From Balanoglossus misakiensis (lineage: Eukaryota; Animalia; Hemichordata): DNA of 64,000 bases. The notes under the pieces were generated by a model, which had not been told where the DNA came from, did no database searches, and saw only the letters and a program-made list of their open reading frames with translations. The number at the start of each line of letters is the position of its first letter. The first letter of the stretch is position 1. The DNA is taken from contig CM082576.2 in assembly GCA_040954595.2 (NCBI GenBank), positions 16,477,028-16,541,027 of the forward strand, given 5' to 3'. The translations under genes were made by a program, and so were the position numbers. Positions 24,277 through 37,215 of the stretch are shown piece after piece.

Positions 24277-27200
24277 CTGGAAGGTAAGAGCATTGTTGTA
24301 TATCTTAGGCTAGGTTTACAATCATGTCTTCATTATAACCCTGCCAAGTTAGGCGACATACATGTATATTTAGTAATAGGCAAATATGTGCAGTGCTGTA
24401 GGAATGCGCATTATTCGGCATATATTTGTTGTTACATAGACACATGCCATCTGGTTATGAAAGGTTGATTAGTTACAAAACGACAACAATTTTGCTGAAT
24501 TCAGAGTAAACAATATTGTTTAGTCCAAAACATCAGAATAGGCAGTCGATGGCAATACGTACCTAGTAACTGTGTTGTAATGACGCGTATACAAAGTGCA
24601 TACGCTTTATCCTTCGGCAACACACATCTGTAAATATAACATTTTGATGTATTTCGCGTGGTATTTAGATACTGAGATATTGTTTTGAATGTTGCTTATA
24701 ACATGCATTTTGAAAATGTTTATTTGTCCTTTAGGCCAGGAAAAAAAAATTGTTCATCGGAATCGCCGCTTCTACTTTGGCTGATTTGGAAATTTTTTTT
24801 TGGATCTCGGCAAATTCTACTTCCGCGTTACAAAATTCTTAGTACTGCCACTGGTGGCCAGAATATGTTGTGCAAACACCAACTGTAAATGTAATGGCCT
24901 ATGTTATTGTTGGGAAATATTGTATTGAATTCAGTTACAAGTACATGTATCAATGTTTTTGTCTGAGATATTTCTGGTAAAAAGGGAAACAATTATATCG
25001 CCTTGTCTGCATCTGTGCAAAATTGCCAGAGAACTGCATTTACCTTCAGCGGCCTAAAAAAAACTAAAACATTTTTTTTTCGCTCGCCGCTCCTGGAACT
25101 AGGTCCAAAAATCCGATGAACAAGATTTTTCCCTCTCTGGCCTTACAGATAATAAGGTGTGTCAATGCGTCAAACCAACAACCTCAACAATGGAGACACA
25201 AAAATTGTGGGACAGGAAATGGAACGTTTTTGCATGCCTTACACAATACTTGATGATTGTCAAGGGTTTACCTCATTGTCAAGGCAACTTCTACATTAGC
25301 AATTACTGATAGAAAGAATCCAAAGACAGCGACCAAGACACCAAACACCACTAATTGATTGGTGCACGTCTGTCCACACATTCCTTGATGTGCATAGTCT
25401 ACGGCAGTGTCATTTATTGTTGCGATACATCCACAATCTGTGAAGTTCTGTGTGAAAATCGTGTATAAAACGAGGACATTTTGAATGGAATTCATCCAAT
25501 ACGCATTATATTATAAGAAATAAGCGGTGACCCAAATATAGTAAACCGTGTCTTTACACGTACGACAAGAATTTCACTTGTGAAATACAGACAACTTCAG
25601 CGTTCACTGGTGAAACTACATGTATAAACTCCATCGCCATCAAATGAATATTTACTCTGGGTAACAACGAAATTTGTCAACCCGCCAACCAGAACATTCT
25701 ACCATCAATAAAATAAATGAACTCGTGTCCTCATAAAGACACAACAGCAAGGCACATTGTTATGCAACAATTTATAATTTATGTACACTCCCCTACAGAA
25801 CCCATTTCCCTCTCTGTGAAAATGAATATATAAGGACTAATGTATTGTAGAGTAGATTACTTGAACATCTTGGCGAGTCTTGCACCCAGCATGGCAGGCT
25901 GAATAGTATGTGATGTCGTCAGAGCCGCAAACTGGCGCATAGGCGTCCGAACAGCCACATTCAGAATTGCAAGCAGACTTCACATCCCCGAATCTTCGTA
26001 CTTGCGGTATCTCAACTGTGCTGCTATAGAAAAAGAAATCTTTTGCTGTAGATTAAATTCGAGACACAATTTACGTTATACTTTATAGAGTATCAGTCAG
26101 ACTTCTTAGCTAGGTTAAATTTATCAAGGCTAGTCTCTGCATAGAAAATGATGTAATGGACGTTATATGTCGCTGGTATAAATGTCGAGTGATAAATTCC
26201 TGTTGGGCATCCAAGTGTCGCTAAGTAACTGGGGGTGGGCAGTGTTCTAGAACTGATAATATGAGGGTTTTTTTCAGTGACTATACATTTCAGATACTTG
26301 CCTTTCCGGGTATGGTTCAGAGACACCGGCGAATTTCTCCATCCCACAACCAACACTCATCCCAATGAATGGGAGACTTGCATTTGCTGCCGCAGCGATC
26401 AGTGCAAATATTCCCAATTTTTTGGGCGTCGGCTTCCATCTACGCAAGAACGCGCCACTGACGATGGAAGCAAATATTGCGGCAGGAACGGCTGTGGCAG
26501 CTATATACATGTATGTAAGCAAAATAGGTTACATTTGGATGATGTGGAGCAGGTATCAATAATCAGAAAGCCAACTGTGTTATAGTAGGCCTATTACCGT
26601 TAAACACCGCTGTTTCACTCAATGTTACATGCTGATGCAAAATAGTTCTTTACATACAGGTATGGCATTGAGCTAAGATTGTTTTCACGGAATAATCGCA
26701 TAAAGTCTATATCTCACCAAACAACAAGGTACCGCTGGGGATAATGGCGTTGATATGTTATATTTTATCAATGACAATATTTTGGTCAGTACGCCACTGC
26801 GCGACTATTAAGTCCCGACGGTATGGTATACTTACCAAAGATTTTACCAGATATCGAAGGTGTAGTTCTGAAATGCTCTTCCATGTATTTTGGAAAGAAA
26901 CGCGTCGAATGAACGACAGCCATGTAAGCGATTCTGGCAAAAACCAGGCTGACGAAGGGAACATTGGTGAACAAACGCAGGATTGCCCGTTTCCAATCTA
27001 TCAAATACATAATATATATAAATTTAGCTGTAATTGTGCTATACTTTCGCATCTTGCAAGTTACAAGGACACGATCACCAAGCGCATATGGTTTAACTAT
27101 AGTCTCTGGTGATGTTTTTTGCAGACAATCTTACAAACCATTGTCAGCTACAAATAACCAAAGATGTAAACATTACACTGCCCCATATTTTGTTTTATCA

Positions 27201-30200
27201 TGCCATAATCTGATCCCGTACAGCAACACAGCAAAGAAGGGCAACGTATTGTTGTGATCATATTCATTTTGTGACATTTTACAATTCCAAAAGTGTAATG
27301 GTCAGGTTATCAGTTTACCTTGATGTGTCTGTGTGGAGCGATTGGGTGAGCGATAGAAGATATGTGAACCTATAGAATTAGGAAACCCGGTAAAAACGTC
27401 TACTAATATTAATTATAATATACCTCATGCTAATACTGTGCCGTGATTCGCCAGAATCCGTCACGTGATAGGAAAATAGAATCGACTATGAACCGCTAGG
27501 GAAATAGCAGAAAAAATATGAACCGGTCACGTGACCAACGTGAGAGCGCAGACTCGGTCACGTCAATCACGGTCGCGTCGTCTGACACAATGGCCACTGC
27601 TGAAGATGTCGTCTGCCAACCTCAAGAGAAAATTGCAAGATTTTCCCAGCTGTGAGCATGAGGTTTATTATAAAACACCTATAGCCTGGACTATATTCGG
27701 GCCATAGCAGCCGTTTTTACCCCCTCGTGGCTGTGAGTTACCAGAATCATATGCTATTTCCCTCGGCCTGCGGCCTCGGGAAATAGCATATGATTCTGGT
27801 AACTCACAGCCCCTCGGGTGTAATAAACGGCCGCTATGGCCCTCATGGCCAGGCAATAGGTGTTCACTATTGTGCATATATCTCCACATGAGCAAGTGTG
27901 TAAGGTTGAAACTAATAAGGAATTCTTCTTACATTGAAAAGATTTTCATATTATAACAATTGCATTGTGAGTAAGACTCGGATATCGACTAACTTGAAGT
28001 AATAGTTCTATGTTTAAAGTTAGCATGCATAAATATTGTTTAATTTTTTCTCGCCTTTTGTTATTTTTCTGTATTTATCTGTTGAAGCTGCTGACATGCG
28101 CTGTCTTGAAATTCTGTCGGACCACATGAAAAATTTTCATCACTCCCCGTGGTGGCAAGAGGTATTTATTGCAAGGTGGGAACTCCAACAAATTTTACCT
28201 TTAAAACGTCCCACTTTACTGATGGTATCGCCGCCTTCATCGTTTGGTTCTCTTGTAATCTGGTCTTGACATTTGGATTGCTTCGGTATCTCCGATGGCA
28301 TGATGAGAATAAAGATTGATAGCACCACAGATAGAACACCACTGAGCAAATAGCCAAGCCACCAAGCGCCAACCCAGCGTGGATCTTTTTGGTCGAAATC
28401 GAGTGTAGCTATGTCAACTCGATAAAAATCAACGAACAGGATTATAGAATATGCATTTACTAACACACCCACTATTTGACCAACAGAGAAAAAGGAATGG
28501 ATTACGCCTAGAAGAAGAATAAGAGGAAGGAGAAGAAACAAATGAATCTTGTGTGTCAGTTTAAGGTGTCCATATTTTATGAAGGAATACATTATGTAAA
28601 TGTCAGCTTATTCACGCCAACACAACATCAGAAAGGACTATTTTATCATGCTACCGTCCGCAATTCTGATTGGACGAGAGCTCAATCCAGCGATGCTAAA
28701 ATTAAGCAATAAAACACCCCCAGCCATGGTATACCACGATATTTTGACCACTTCACGACATATACGCACGAGCGATAGCGAGTGCGTATATGGAGTTGAA
28801 CTGGTCAAAATCGAGTGGTATACCATGGCTGGGGTGTTTTATTGCTATTATATTATGTCAGTATATTGAAACTTTGCATAAAACATTTTAAAAAGGCATT
28901 TTCTTTGACTATGATATATGACTGTGGTATATGGCTAATATATCACGGTCACGTGTCGTGTCTCGACCAATCAAATAGCGTGATTTACACCATCAATATA
29001 CTGGTATAATATAATACATTCATCGTCGCCATGTTGGTTCACGATCGTAATTTCTCTTTCTGACGCCGTTTCGGTAAGAAAATGACACTGATATGCCACA
29101 AAAACAGTTTTTGATATAATATAATAGCAATAACCCCCGCCTCAGTCGGGTATACACTCGATTTGGGTACAATTCGCTCCATATAGCAATCGCCTGACGG
29201 CTCGTGCTATATGTCTCGAATTGTACCCAAATCTCGTGTATACCCGCCTGCAGCGGGGGTTATTGCTTAAGTAATAAGTATTGAAGGATGTGCGGTCGAT
29301 AACATGGAAATTATTGTCATTTCTATCAATTTTTGATTTCTGTCAATTTTTGATTTTAGGATTCCAAGTATATGTATAATAAAATATGTTCTTAAATATG
29401 GTCACCGTTTTTGAAATACAAGGCTGTGAATATCACTTTCAACAAAAATTTTTCTCAAAACTGAATGCGGTGACCATCGATTCTGTTCGAATTTTAAATT
29501 TAATTTCATTTGGCTAAGCTATGTTTAGTACTTCATGAAAGTAACAATATTATGGTTACATGACATGCATTTACGTGCACCTTCAAAAAAATCAAGTTTC
29601 ACTCCAGTTTGTTAAAGATGCTGAATGCCTGAAATCTAAGCTTAAAAGCTTACACTTAAAGCGCCTAGCTCGTCTCACACGCATGTTCCAACTGTAGCCG
29701 CTGGTTACAGACGTTTAGTGAACTGTCAATCCCATAAGGCAGTGTTCTGTCCTAACAACATAGAAGATGGCGGCGACCATAATCTGTGTCGGAGATCGGG
29801 AAAAGACACTAGCTTGGGTGAAAAGGAGGGACAAAACCAGAATCTACTTATACGGTGCGCATGAAATATGGAAGGAAGCGAAGGCAGTCCACTATTTGAA
29901 TGCATCGAACTGAAAATTTGCTGGGAAGTTACGCGCATGTGCGTGAGACGAGCTACGCGCTATGCAATCGCTCACGAATTGCAGTAATTTAGTCACGGCA
30001 TAATGAAAACATATGCCCAATCTAATATATTCATTGCCACTTGCCTATGTACATAGGTGACTTTGTCTTTGATACGCTGTCGTCCATATATGCTAATCCC
30101 AAGGAATACATTGGGGTGCTTCCAAACCCATTTAGAATATTTCCAATGATAATCAGGATAGTTGGTTCAGACCCGTGCTTGATGAGAGATGTCACAGCGC

Positions 30201-30738
30201 TTCTGCCGCGGCAGTCAGTTCCATTTTCTGCGTCAACATCATCACACAGTTCTTCCACATTGGTGAGGTTGTCATTGGCTCCCAAGCGAATGTTCCAGTA
30301 GTCATATTTGTCAGACACAAACTGAGTCATTGCAATCATGAACTGTCCAACGGCAAAGACGAAGAGGCCACCGCCAATCCAGCGTGGCTTGTTACTGCCC
30401 GGCCGACCTCCGAAGTAGGTGCACGCGATTAAGGATATGACGTCAGCCACCTCTTTAAGGGACATGAAAACTCCGATCGTGGTGCTGGACAAATCGTAAC
30501 GTTTTTGCAGCGTTGAAATGCAAACACTGTCCATGATTGTTGCCATGGAAGTGATGGCCCAGCCCAATGCCACCACCACCAAAACCGTCTTTGCACTTGC
30601 CAAACGCTGAAGCCATACTGGTCGAAATGTACCTACCCCACATGTTAACCTCTTGTTATCGTTTTGTGTCGGCGGGAAAACTTCGCTTCCCTCGGATAAT
30701 AACGTTGATGGCCTCTCCACTGCACCTTTTTCAACCAT
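24002..30738 (-). CDS. SLCO: Solute carrier organic anion transporter (OATP/SLCO family), complete, 697 aa
   Basis: Exons 30738-30045, 28507-28199, 27369-27319, 26997-26836, 26500-26302, 26023-25861, 25447-25272, 24627-24563 and 24276-24002 sum to 2094 nt with consistent phases. OATP signature DPRWVGAWW, KPRWIG, YMDDSV, Kazal-like C-x3-C-x-C...PVCGSD.ITYYSACHAGC, and C-terminal PAPIYTGALIDSAC.LW...C...GNCLLYD. Confidence 0.95.
24563..24627 (-). CDS. SLCO: SLCO coding exon 8
   Basis: 65 nt, RCVLPKDKAYAL motif, phases fit. Confidence 0.9.
25272..25447 (-). CDS. SLCO: SLCO coding exon 7
   Basis: NFTDCGCI...GMCGQTC followed by a hydrophobic TM segment. Confidence 0.9.
25861..26023 (-). CDS. SLCO: SLCO coding exon 6 (Kazal-like domain)
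   Basis: CNSECGCSDAYAPVCGSDDITYYSACHAGC. Confidence 0.92.
26302..26500 (-). CDS. SLCO: SLCO coding exon 5
   Basis: VPAAIFASIVSG...VGCGMEKFAGVSEPY; ends at a GC donor. Confidence 0.9.
26836..26997 (-). CDS. SLCO: SLCO coding exon 4
   Basis: RAILRLFTN...FFPKYMEEHF; GT-AG boundaries. Confidence 0.9.
27319..27369 (-). CDS. SLCO: SLCO coding exon 3 (51 nt, symmetric phase 1)
   Basis: TATAG|GTTCAC...CAAG|GTAAAC, open frame GSHIFYRSPNRSTQTHQ. Not needed to keep the frame. Confidence 0.65.
27415..27850. mobile_element. Non-autonomous repeat with terminal hairpin (family III), in an SLCO intron
   Basis: ~150 bp imperfect palindrome centred on CCCTCGGCCTGCGGCCTCGGG (27760-27780). Start TCATGCTA resembles family I. 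Confidence 0.7.
28199..28507 (-). CDS. SLCO: SLCO coding exon 2
   Basis: 309 nt, contains DPRWVGAWWLGY. Confidence 0.93.
28642..29270. mobile_element. Composite of hairpin families I and II
   Basis: ~28645-28690 and 29016-29270 match 1908-2483. 28701-29012 is the reverse complement of 53293-53605. Confidence 0.85.
29660..29961. mobile_element. Small TIR element (MITE)
   Basis: AGCGCCTAGCTCGTCTCACACGCATG at the left is an inverted match to CATGTGCGTGAGACGAGCTACGCGCT at the right. Confidence 0.6.
30045..30738 (-). CDS. SLCO: SLCO coding exon 1
   Basis: MVEKG...CGVGTFRPVWLQRLAS...ISTLQKRYDLSS...SPMYIG; ends at a GC donor. The start codon is inferred. Confidence 0.92.
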
Positions 30739-32949
30739 CTGCTGTTTAGGACAAAAAAAGAATGGTTTCTGGTCAAAGCGCCAAACACTTGATAACCCTC
30801 GCGTCCAACATTTCTTCTTGTTTCTGTTTGTGTCTGGCCAAGCAGAACATAACCATGCCAAAATACAGAGGAAGACACGCAACCAGTAACTGTTTCACGA
30901 GAATTTGCATTGACAGAAGAGAAGAAATTCTATAGTCATCGCCCAAATTGTGGTTTAAACACAAGACAAGACAAGACACATGTGTTGTCTTTTCTTTGCC
31001 TTAGTTTGTGATTGTCTACCGTGATGAGAACAGGGAATTTATGTCATCCTGCATGACCACCTCGACAACATTTCATCGATTATGTACAAGCCCGAAATAC
31101 TGCTTCTTTAAAGTAATGTAATCTCTTGTAAAGACACAAATTGCAAAAATTACAACAACTTTAAGTGATTAGGCGATTTGCTAAAATAAAGGTCCATGAC
31201 AAAGGTAAACTAACTTCTAAATTTCCCCTACTTCTCCATTGATATTCGATTAGCCTTGGTATAGAGTCACTGGGTGTGTGCATTTCTAAAATCCTGAAGA
31301 CATCGTGGTAGAGCTCGTGACTAATACAGACTTTTGATTGACCCAGCTTATTATCACTAATCATAATGAGACAGGGCTCCCCCGAAAGTAATTGGGAAGA
31401 TCATTTATAAGATAGTACTCCTGGCTCCGACAAACACATAATATTGTGGCTTTGAAGGGTGTTTGTGGGTATGAAGTAGACTTGCTCCAAGTCTATGGGC
31501 TTCATTATGTTTAGGGAACGCGTCGACGCTACCCGAAACCACAAGCTCAGTCCCAAATTCGAAACTCACCTCATTACCAAAAACACGCTCAAGGCAAGCA
31601 TGCACGCAAAAAGTATTGCAATTATTTATTAAGACAAAAAACACCGAAAACACAAAAAGTATTGAGATTTAAAAATCGCCAAGCGACTAGTGGGCTAGTC
31701 TAGGTATGAAGTTAAATGAAGCAATTCAAAGCACGCATAATTATAGGGAAAGTGCGTGCACGTTCATCACCACCTCCAAAAGTTAGATACACCACTGAAC
31801 ACATTATTACTACAGACAGCATACTTGTTGTGACAAAAACAGGCACGCATTTGACAATTAACATGTACTCACCTGTGACATCGTTTTGACTCGCCAAATA
31901 CTGAAGGTATAGTTTCTTGATAAACGCCTTGCTGTTTTGGAAGCAGTCAACCAATGAGCATGAGGTTTATGAATGGGAAAGGTACAACAAGCTGTACGCT
32001 ATTTCGGTGAAATTAAATTGTGTGCCACCTATCAGGCAGAAGTTTTCCAATTAAAAAAATCAGCAAGATGCTGGTACACACATTTTATCGGGTTCTATGT
32101 CGAATATTTATTTTTAAAAAGGGTTTACAGAAAAACAATTACTGTTTAATATAGAAAGGAAAGAAAGCGGTAAATGAAATTTAACTACTTACCAATTTTT
32201 GCAAATTGTTTTTCTAGCGTTTGTGCTTCTCCATTTAGCTTTTCTCTGTTGATTGTAATAGACTACACCTTGCTCTTTATAAATAACCATTCAGTGTCCA
32301 GTCAATTGCCCTTGCGTTTGATTGGCCGGAAATACAGGGATACTGCTCAGGTCAATTAACCTTGCTACTTTAATTACAGTTTATAAATAGGGAATGCGGG
32401 TAGTAAGAAACTATACCATTTCCGTTTATATACGTACAAAATTAAGAGTAAATGTACCCACACCATGCTCGAGTTTTGTATTGATCTGATAACCGTGCCT
32501 CCTTATATGAAGGATATATCTTGGTTTCAATAATTCACCTTGCTAACTTTCTTTAGAATTACTAGTATGAGTATAGTGGACAGTTGACCATACCCGATAT
32601 TGCGTATTCTCTATTAGCCTCCAAGTCCACGGAATGAGTGACGACATCAGCCAAAATATCTACTGTTTTAGGTTGTTTTCTCTGAAAGTGTTTAGACCAC
32701 TGACATGTCCATGCATGCATGCATAAGTACTAGACTCTCTCACAGCCATCGGACTTCCAAAGTATATTTCATTCGAGAGACGAAATATTAATGAAGAGGG
32801 TGCAATTATAAGACGCACTGTGATAGTTTGTAATTATTTTGTGGCACTGGCGCAAGTGTACGCACTGAAAATGTAACGCTATCTCATACGAAACCGTTAA
32901 ATATTAAACCTGTAGCAACTGTGTGGCGCTGGTTGTCAGAAACCAGTCA

Positions 32950-33375
32950 GTTTCACATGGTTGTCGTTGGGGGCGGTGCGCGCGCATGCGGTGTATGGTT
33001 ATTAATGGCCGATGATTGTCAAGGTGTACATGTACGGATAGGTGGTGCCATGGAAAGTTGAGTTTGGACAACAATACGCGACGAGAGTTCTGTCTGGACA
33101 GATTCGCGAGCGGTTTGAAGGGGCGCCCAGCCTTCAGAATGGAAATATTATCAAGTATTGGCCAGCAGTTCGGGTGCATATTTTATCATAGACGGTAGGA
33201 ATTTCTATCGCGCAGTCGGTGTCGATGATGACATCATATGACATGGCCGCCCAAGTTTCTATCAAATTTGTGTTCGCGTTTGAATCCAAGATTTGTGCTG
33301 GAGGAATCTCTGGAATTGGCCCGGGTGCACAGTGTGCATGGAATGTCTTGGTCGTCTTGATGTTTCAGTGAGTAT
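32950..33375 (+). promoter_or_regulatory. CpG-rich promoter-like region with a probable first-exon donor
   Basis: Local CpG enrichment, GC box GGGGCGG, NRF1-like GCGCATGCG, YY1-like ACATGGCCG, and CA|GTGAGT at ~33368. Confidence 0.45.
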
Positions 33376-35999
33376 TATTAAACTTATTAGGAGTTTTGCC
33401 ATGAATTTGTAAATATTTCAAGCACAGGCTACATACGTGTTAAACGTTGTGACGCAGTTACTAACAGAAGTAACCAATGTTTACCATTTAGGTAAGAGTC
33501 CATAAAAGACGAATTTTACGCAAGGGGTAATTTTTCCTTAGAATTTCACAACTTTGAATCGATATTCTTTTGATTGCGGCGTGTTCCATCAACATGTGTA
33601 TGTTCTAAAAGGGTCATTTCAAGTACAGGCAACACGTAAAAGTTGTGAAGCTGTTACTTAGACGGAACCAATTTAGGCCTAGGTAACAGGACGAAATCTT
33701 TTCTCAATAAGAGTTCATAAAAGACGGATTTTACGCAAGGGGTGATTTTTCCTCAGAATTTCACCACTTTGAATGTATATTCTTTTTATTATGGGGGTGT
33801 TCCATCAACCTCTGTTTGTTCTACAAGTTGACCCATTTAATGATTTATGTTGGGGATTTCTAGTCAAAATTTGCATCGAATTCATATCATTGGCCATTTT
33901 TTTTCCAAAAGTTATGGAAACATTTTTAATATTATCCTTATTGATACATGATGTTGTGTTGTTTTTTAAATGTGCCCCCTCTACCCCCCCCCCTCCCCAG
34001 GCCATGTGGCACATACCTGTACGTGTACACCTTACTATGAGAGTAATATCCCCAAGGGAGATTATAACGTGAAACAAACATGTTCAGTGTTCTGCTGGGG
34101 CACAATGTTGCAGCTCATAGTAATAGGATAGATCAACATATAATTACAGAATGTGAATGCCTTCAATTAAACTAAAGTTCTAATTCTGACAAAGATTTAC
34201 TTGGAAATATGACATCAGTATATAGCACATATGGAAATTGTTCTTGAAGTGAGTGAATGAAATCAAGTGATGCACTGGACATGAAGAAATCAAATGCAAA
34301 ATGGCTGACTGGTAGTATCATTTATGTAAATGCATAATGGCTCCAGATATTAAAGACGTAAAATCAGTACTTTTCTTTTTGCCAACATTGCATGTATTTA
34401 ATGCAGTTAAACAATCAGTTATTCATTGTTTGCAACACTTGAAGTCCATTTGCTACAGTAACAGTGCTAACTATGGACAATTAATATGCACAAGGTGTAC
34501 ATTTCTCAAAAAAGTGAAATGTTTCAAACTGATGGAACTTTAGTGAGATTTTAAGTCATCTTCTGGACTGTACCATCTGATTCTGTTTTAAGTCCCAGAA
34601 TATATGTTGCTTCAGATATCTCACTGATAAAAATTGCCTTGTGGTCAGATTTGAAAAGGCAAAATGATTAATTCTGAATCTGAATGTGGTCAGCTCGATC
34701 AACTGATGCATTCAGTGTTTTTGCTAAGGTTGGGGAACATTGGTAATGGATTGGGGAACCCCGGTAACATTTCTACAACCCCCTAAATTAACTACATTGA
34801 TACACCCAGGGGAACCCCAGTAAAACGACTGGGGGACTCCGGTAGATTTTACTAGGTACCGCCCTTAACAAAAACACTGGCATTGCAGTATCAAAAATTA
34901 CAACTAGTCAGAAGTTACAGATAGTGGTTTACTTAATTTAGCAATTTTTAGGTCCCATTTGGTATGTTTAACCCTAATGCTACTGGATGTCATATCTGTT
35001 TAGAGTGTCAAGTCCCTTAAAATGCGTATTTGCCACTTTTTTTTCTAAAACGTATTTTGACTGTCTTGACATGGCTCTCATACGTACTCAGACACACTTG
35101 GCAGTCTGAGCCCCTGTAAAATGTACCAAATCATACTGGTTTGCACTGTATTTGGTCTGAGGGTCTTGTATAGGCCCTACTGATTAGCATGCACTTGGCA
35201 GTCTAACAGGCCCGGGAGCCAGTTTTCTATGCACCTTGGAAATCAAACCAGTTTGAACTGACTTGGCAGCGTTAGGGATATATATATACCATGGGACCTT
35301 ATGGAATCAGTTGCATCTGTCTGTCTGTCTGTCTGTATGTATGTATGCCTGGCGGCCCACATCAAAAACTTGAAAAGGGCTGTGAGTATAACCTCGATAT
35401 TTGGTGTGCCGATGCATTACAGGTTGTAGATGGGAGTTTTATCAAATGAAGTTGTCATTGCCAAAATATGCAAATTAGCTGGGGAAAACCTAAATTTGGT
35501 CAAAACTCAGAAACTCAACAACCACTGGTCATATTGATTTGAAAATTGGCTTGCATGTATCTTATGTCTACCTCCAGTTCCAGGGCTGACTGAAAGAAGT
35601 TGCTTGTCTATGTGTTTGTACAGACAATTTTTGGTAAAAAAATAATTTTTCTCGCACCACTTGTAAGACTGCCGTGACACATGACAGTTTATTGGGCATG
35701 TTCCCTGTTAATTTTTTTACATTCAACATTCTATATGGTTAAATTACATCTGCTTGCAATGTCACCTGTAATTTTTGTTCTGGTGTATCCCTATTTCTGC
35801 GTAATCCTCAAATGGGACCACAGTGTCCTTGATGCTATTTTTTTACATTTCCATATTTAATTAATGGTTAGGTCATATCTGCTTGCCAGTGTCACCTGTG
35901 ATTTTATTCTGGTGTATCCCTATTTCCATGTAATCCTCAAATGGGACCACAATGTCTTTGACACTATGTTTTATTTTTATGTTCTATCAGTATCTGGAG

Positions 36000-37050
36000 A
36001 AATCACATTCTACATTCACAAATGCCACAGGACAGGTACTGGCAAACAGTATCCAATATACACAGGTTAGGATATGCTTGTTCATGTGTTTTTAAACCCC
36101 ATTCCCAGATTTTTGTGAAATCCTGATTTCTTGACTTACACATTACATGTTGGAAAAGAAGCCACTTACTGATGAGTTTTGCTTTCTTAAGTGGTGGATT
36201 CACAGTATTTCTATCACCATCTGTTTTTTCTGTCCCCAAAAATTCGCCCAGCTTTGACGTCTGATTGAACATCACCATATACAGTGTAATCTGATCTGCA
36301 TCTATTTGAATGAGAATATCAAAAACTGAACTGATTTCATCGTCATTTTCAACAAATCTTCGTGCTAGATTATCAGATATGCAAGTCAGAAATTTCTCAC
36401 TTCTTCTAGCAAAATTCTCACACTGTTTCTTAGCTAGTGTAATGTGACCACGAAATTTATTTTCCAGCTTTGTTTTATTAATCCTTAACTTAACACAATC
36501 TAGGAACTGCTGAAAATTGCTTCTGGACTCATCCACTGCCTTTTTACATGCAGTTATGCAATCAGACATTTCTAACAACATTACTTTTTCAATTTTCCTT
36601 TTTAAACTGTGTCCTTGCCTGGTGCTAGCTCCATCTGTGCCCAGAGATATCATCAGACTTGAAAGAGACAGACCCTTCTTTGATAGATAACTTTCACTTC
36701 ACAGTGTAGATGCTCAGATGTTGCTCTGTTGAGCATTGAGATCTTCAGAAAATGAGACTCCACCTTTCCATATACACCACTCCACAAATGTATATATATC
36801 ATCAAATTTTGACAAACAGCAATATTTGTTGATTCATCTAACTCAAGCGAATAGAATTTTGCGACTTTCATCCTTCCAATCACATTTTTTCCTACAATGT
36901 CGGCGATACCATCACCTAAAGCTTGTCAATACTTGCACTGACCCTCTCATCTTGGCAGAGAACCGCAACTTATTTGACTTACTGATGTTGTCATCAATTT
37001 TGTTGTTCCTACTGTTATTTTACATCTTTATACAATCTTTCTAATTTTAT
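36000..37050 (-). mobile_element. Degenerate hAT-family transposase (ZNF862/DUF4371-like)
   Basis: FYSLELDESTN, ESHFL, SLGTDGAS and a C-terminal YPNL...CECR-like segment in broken frames. Confidence 0.8.
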
Positions 37051-37215
37051 AATATCAGCTAGGCTATAAGCTTACTTCAGAGCTTCACATCGACATCGCG
37101 AGTTGTGAATGAAGCCAGTTAAGTTTACAATATTTCAAATTCTGATGGGAATCCCACCATGCATGTACATTGAATGGTGGTAATCACATATTTTGAGTCA
37201 CCTGATACAGTGATA

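Noticed and set aside
30739-30882. N-terminal extension of the SLCO ORF
   Set aside because: It starts at a non-ATG codon and lies upstream of a pyrimidine tract and CAG acceptor, so it is probably intron.
34714-34879. hAT MITE with CAGTGTTTTTG termini
   Set aside because: A short inverted repeat is present but there is no 8 bp TSD, so support is too weak.
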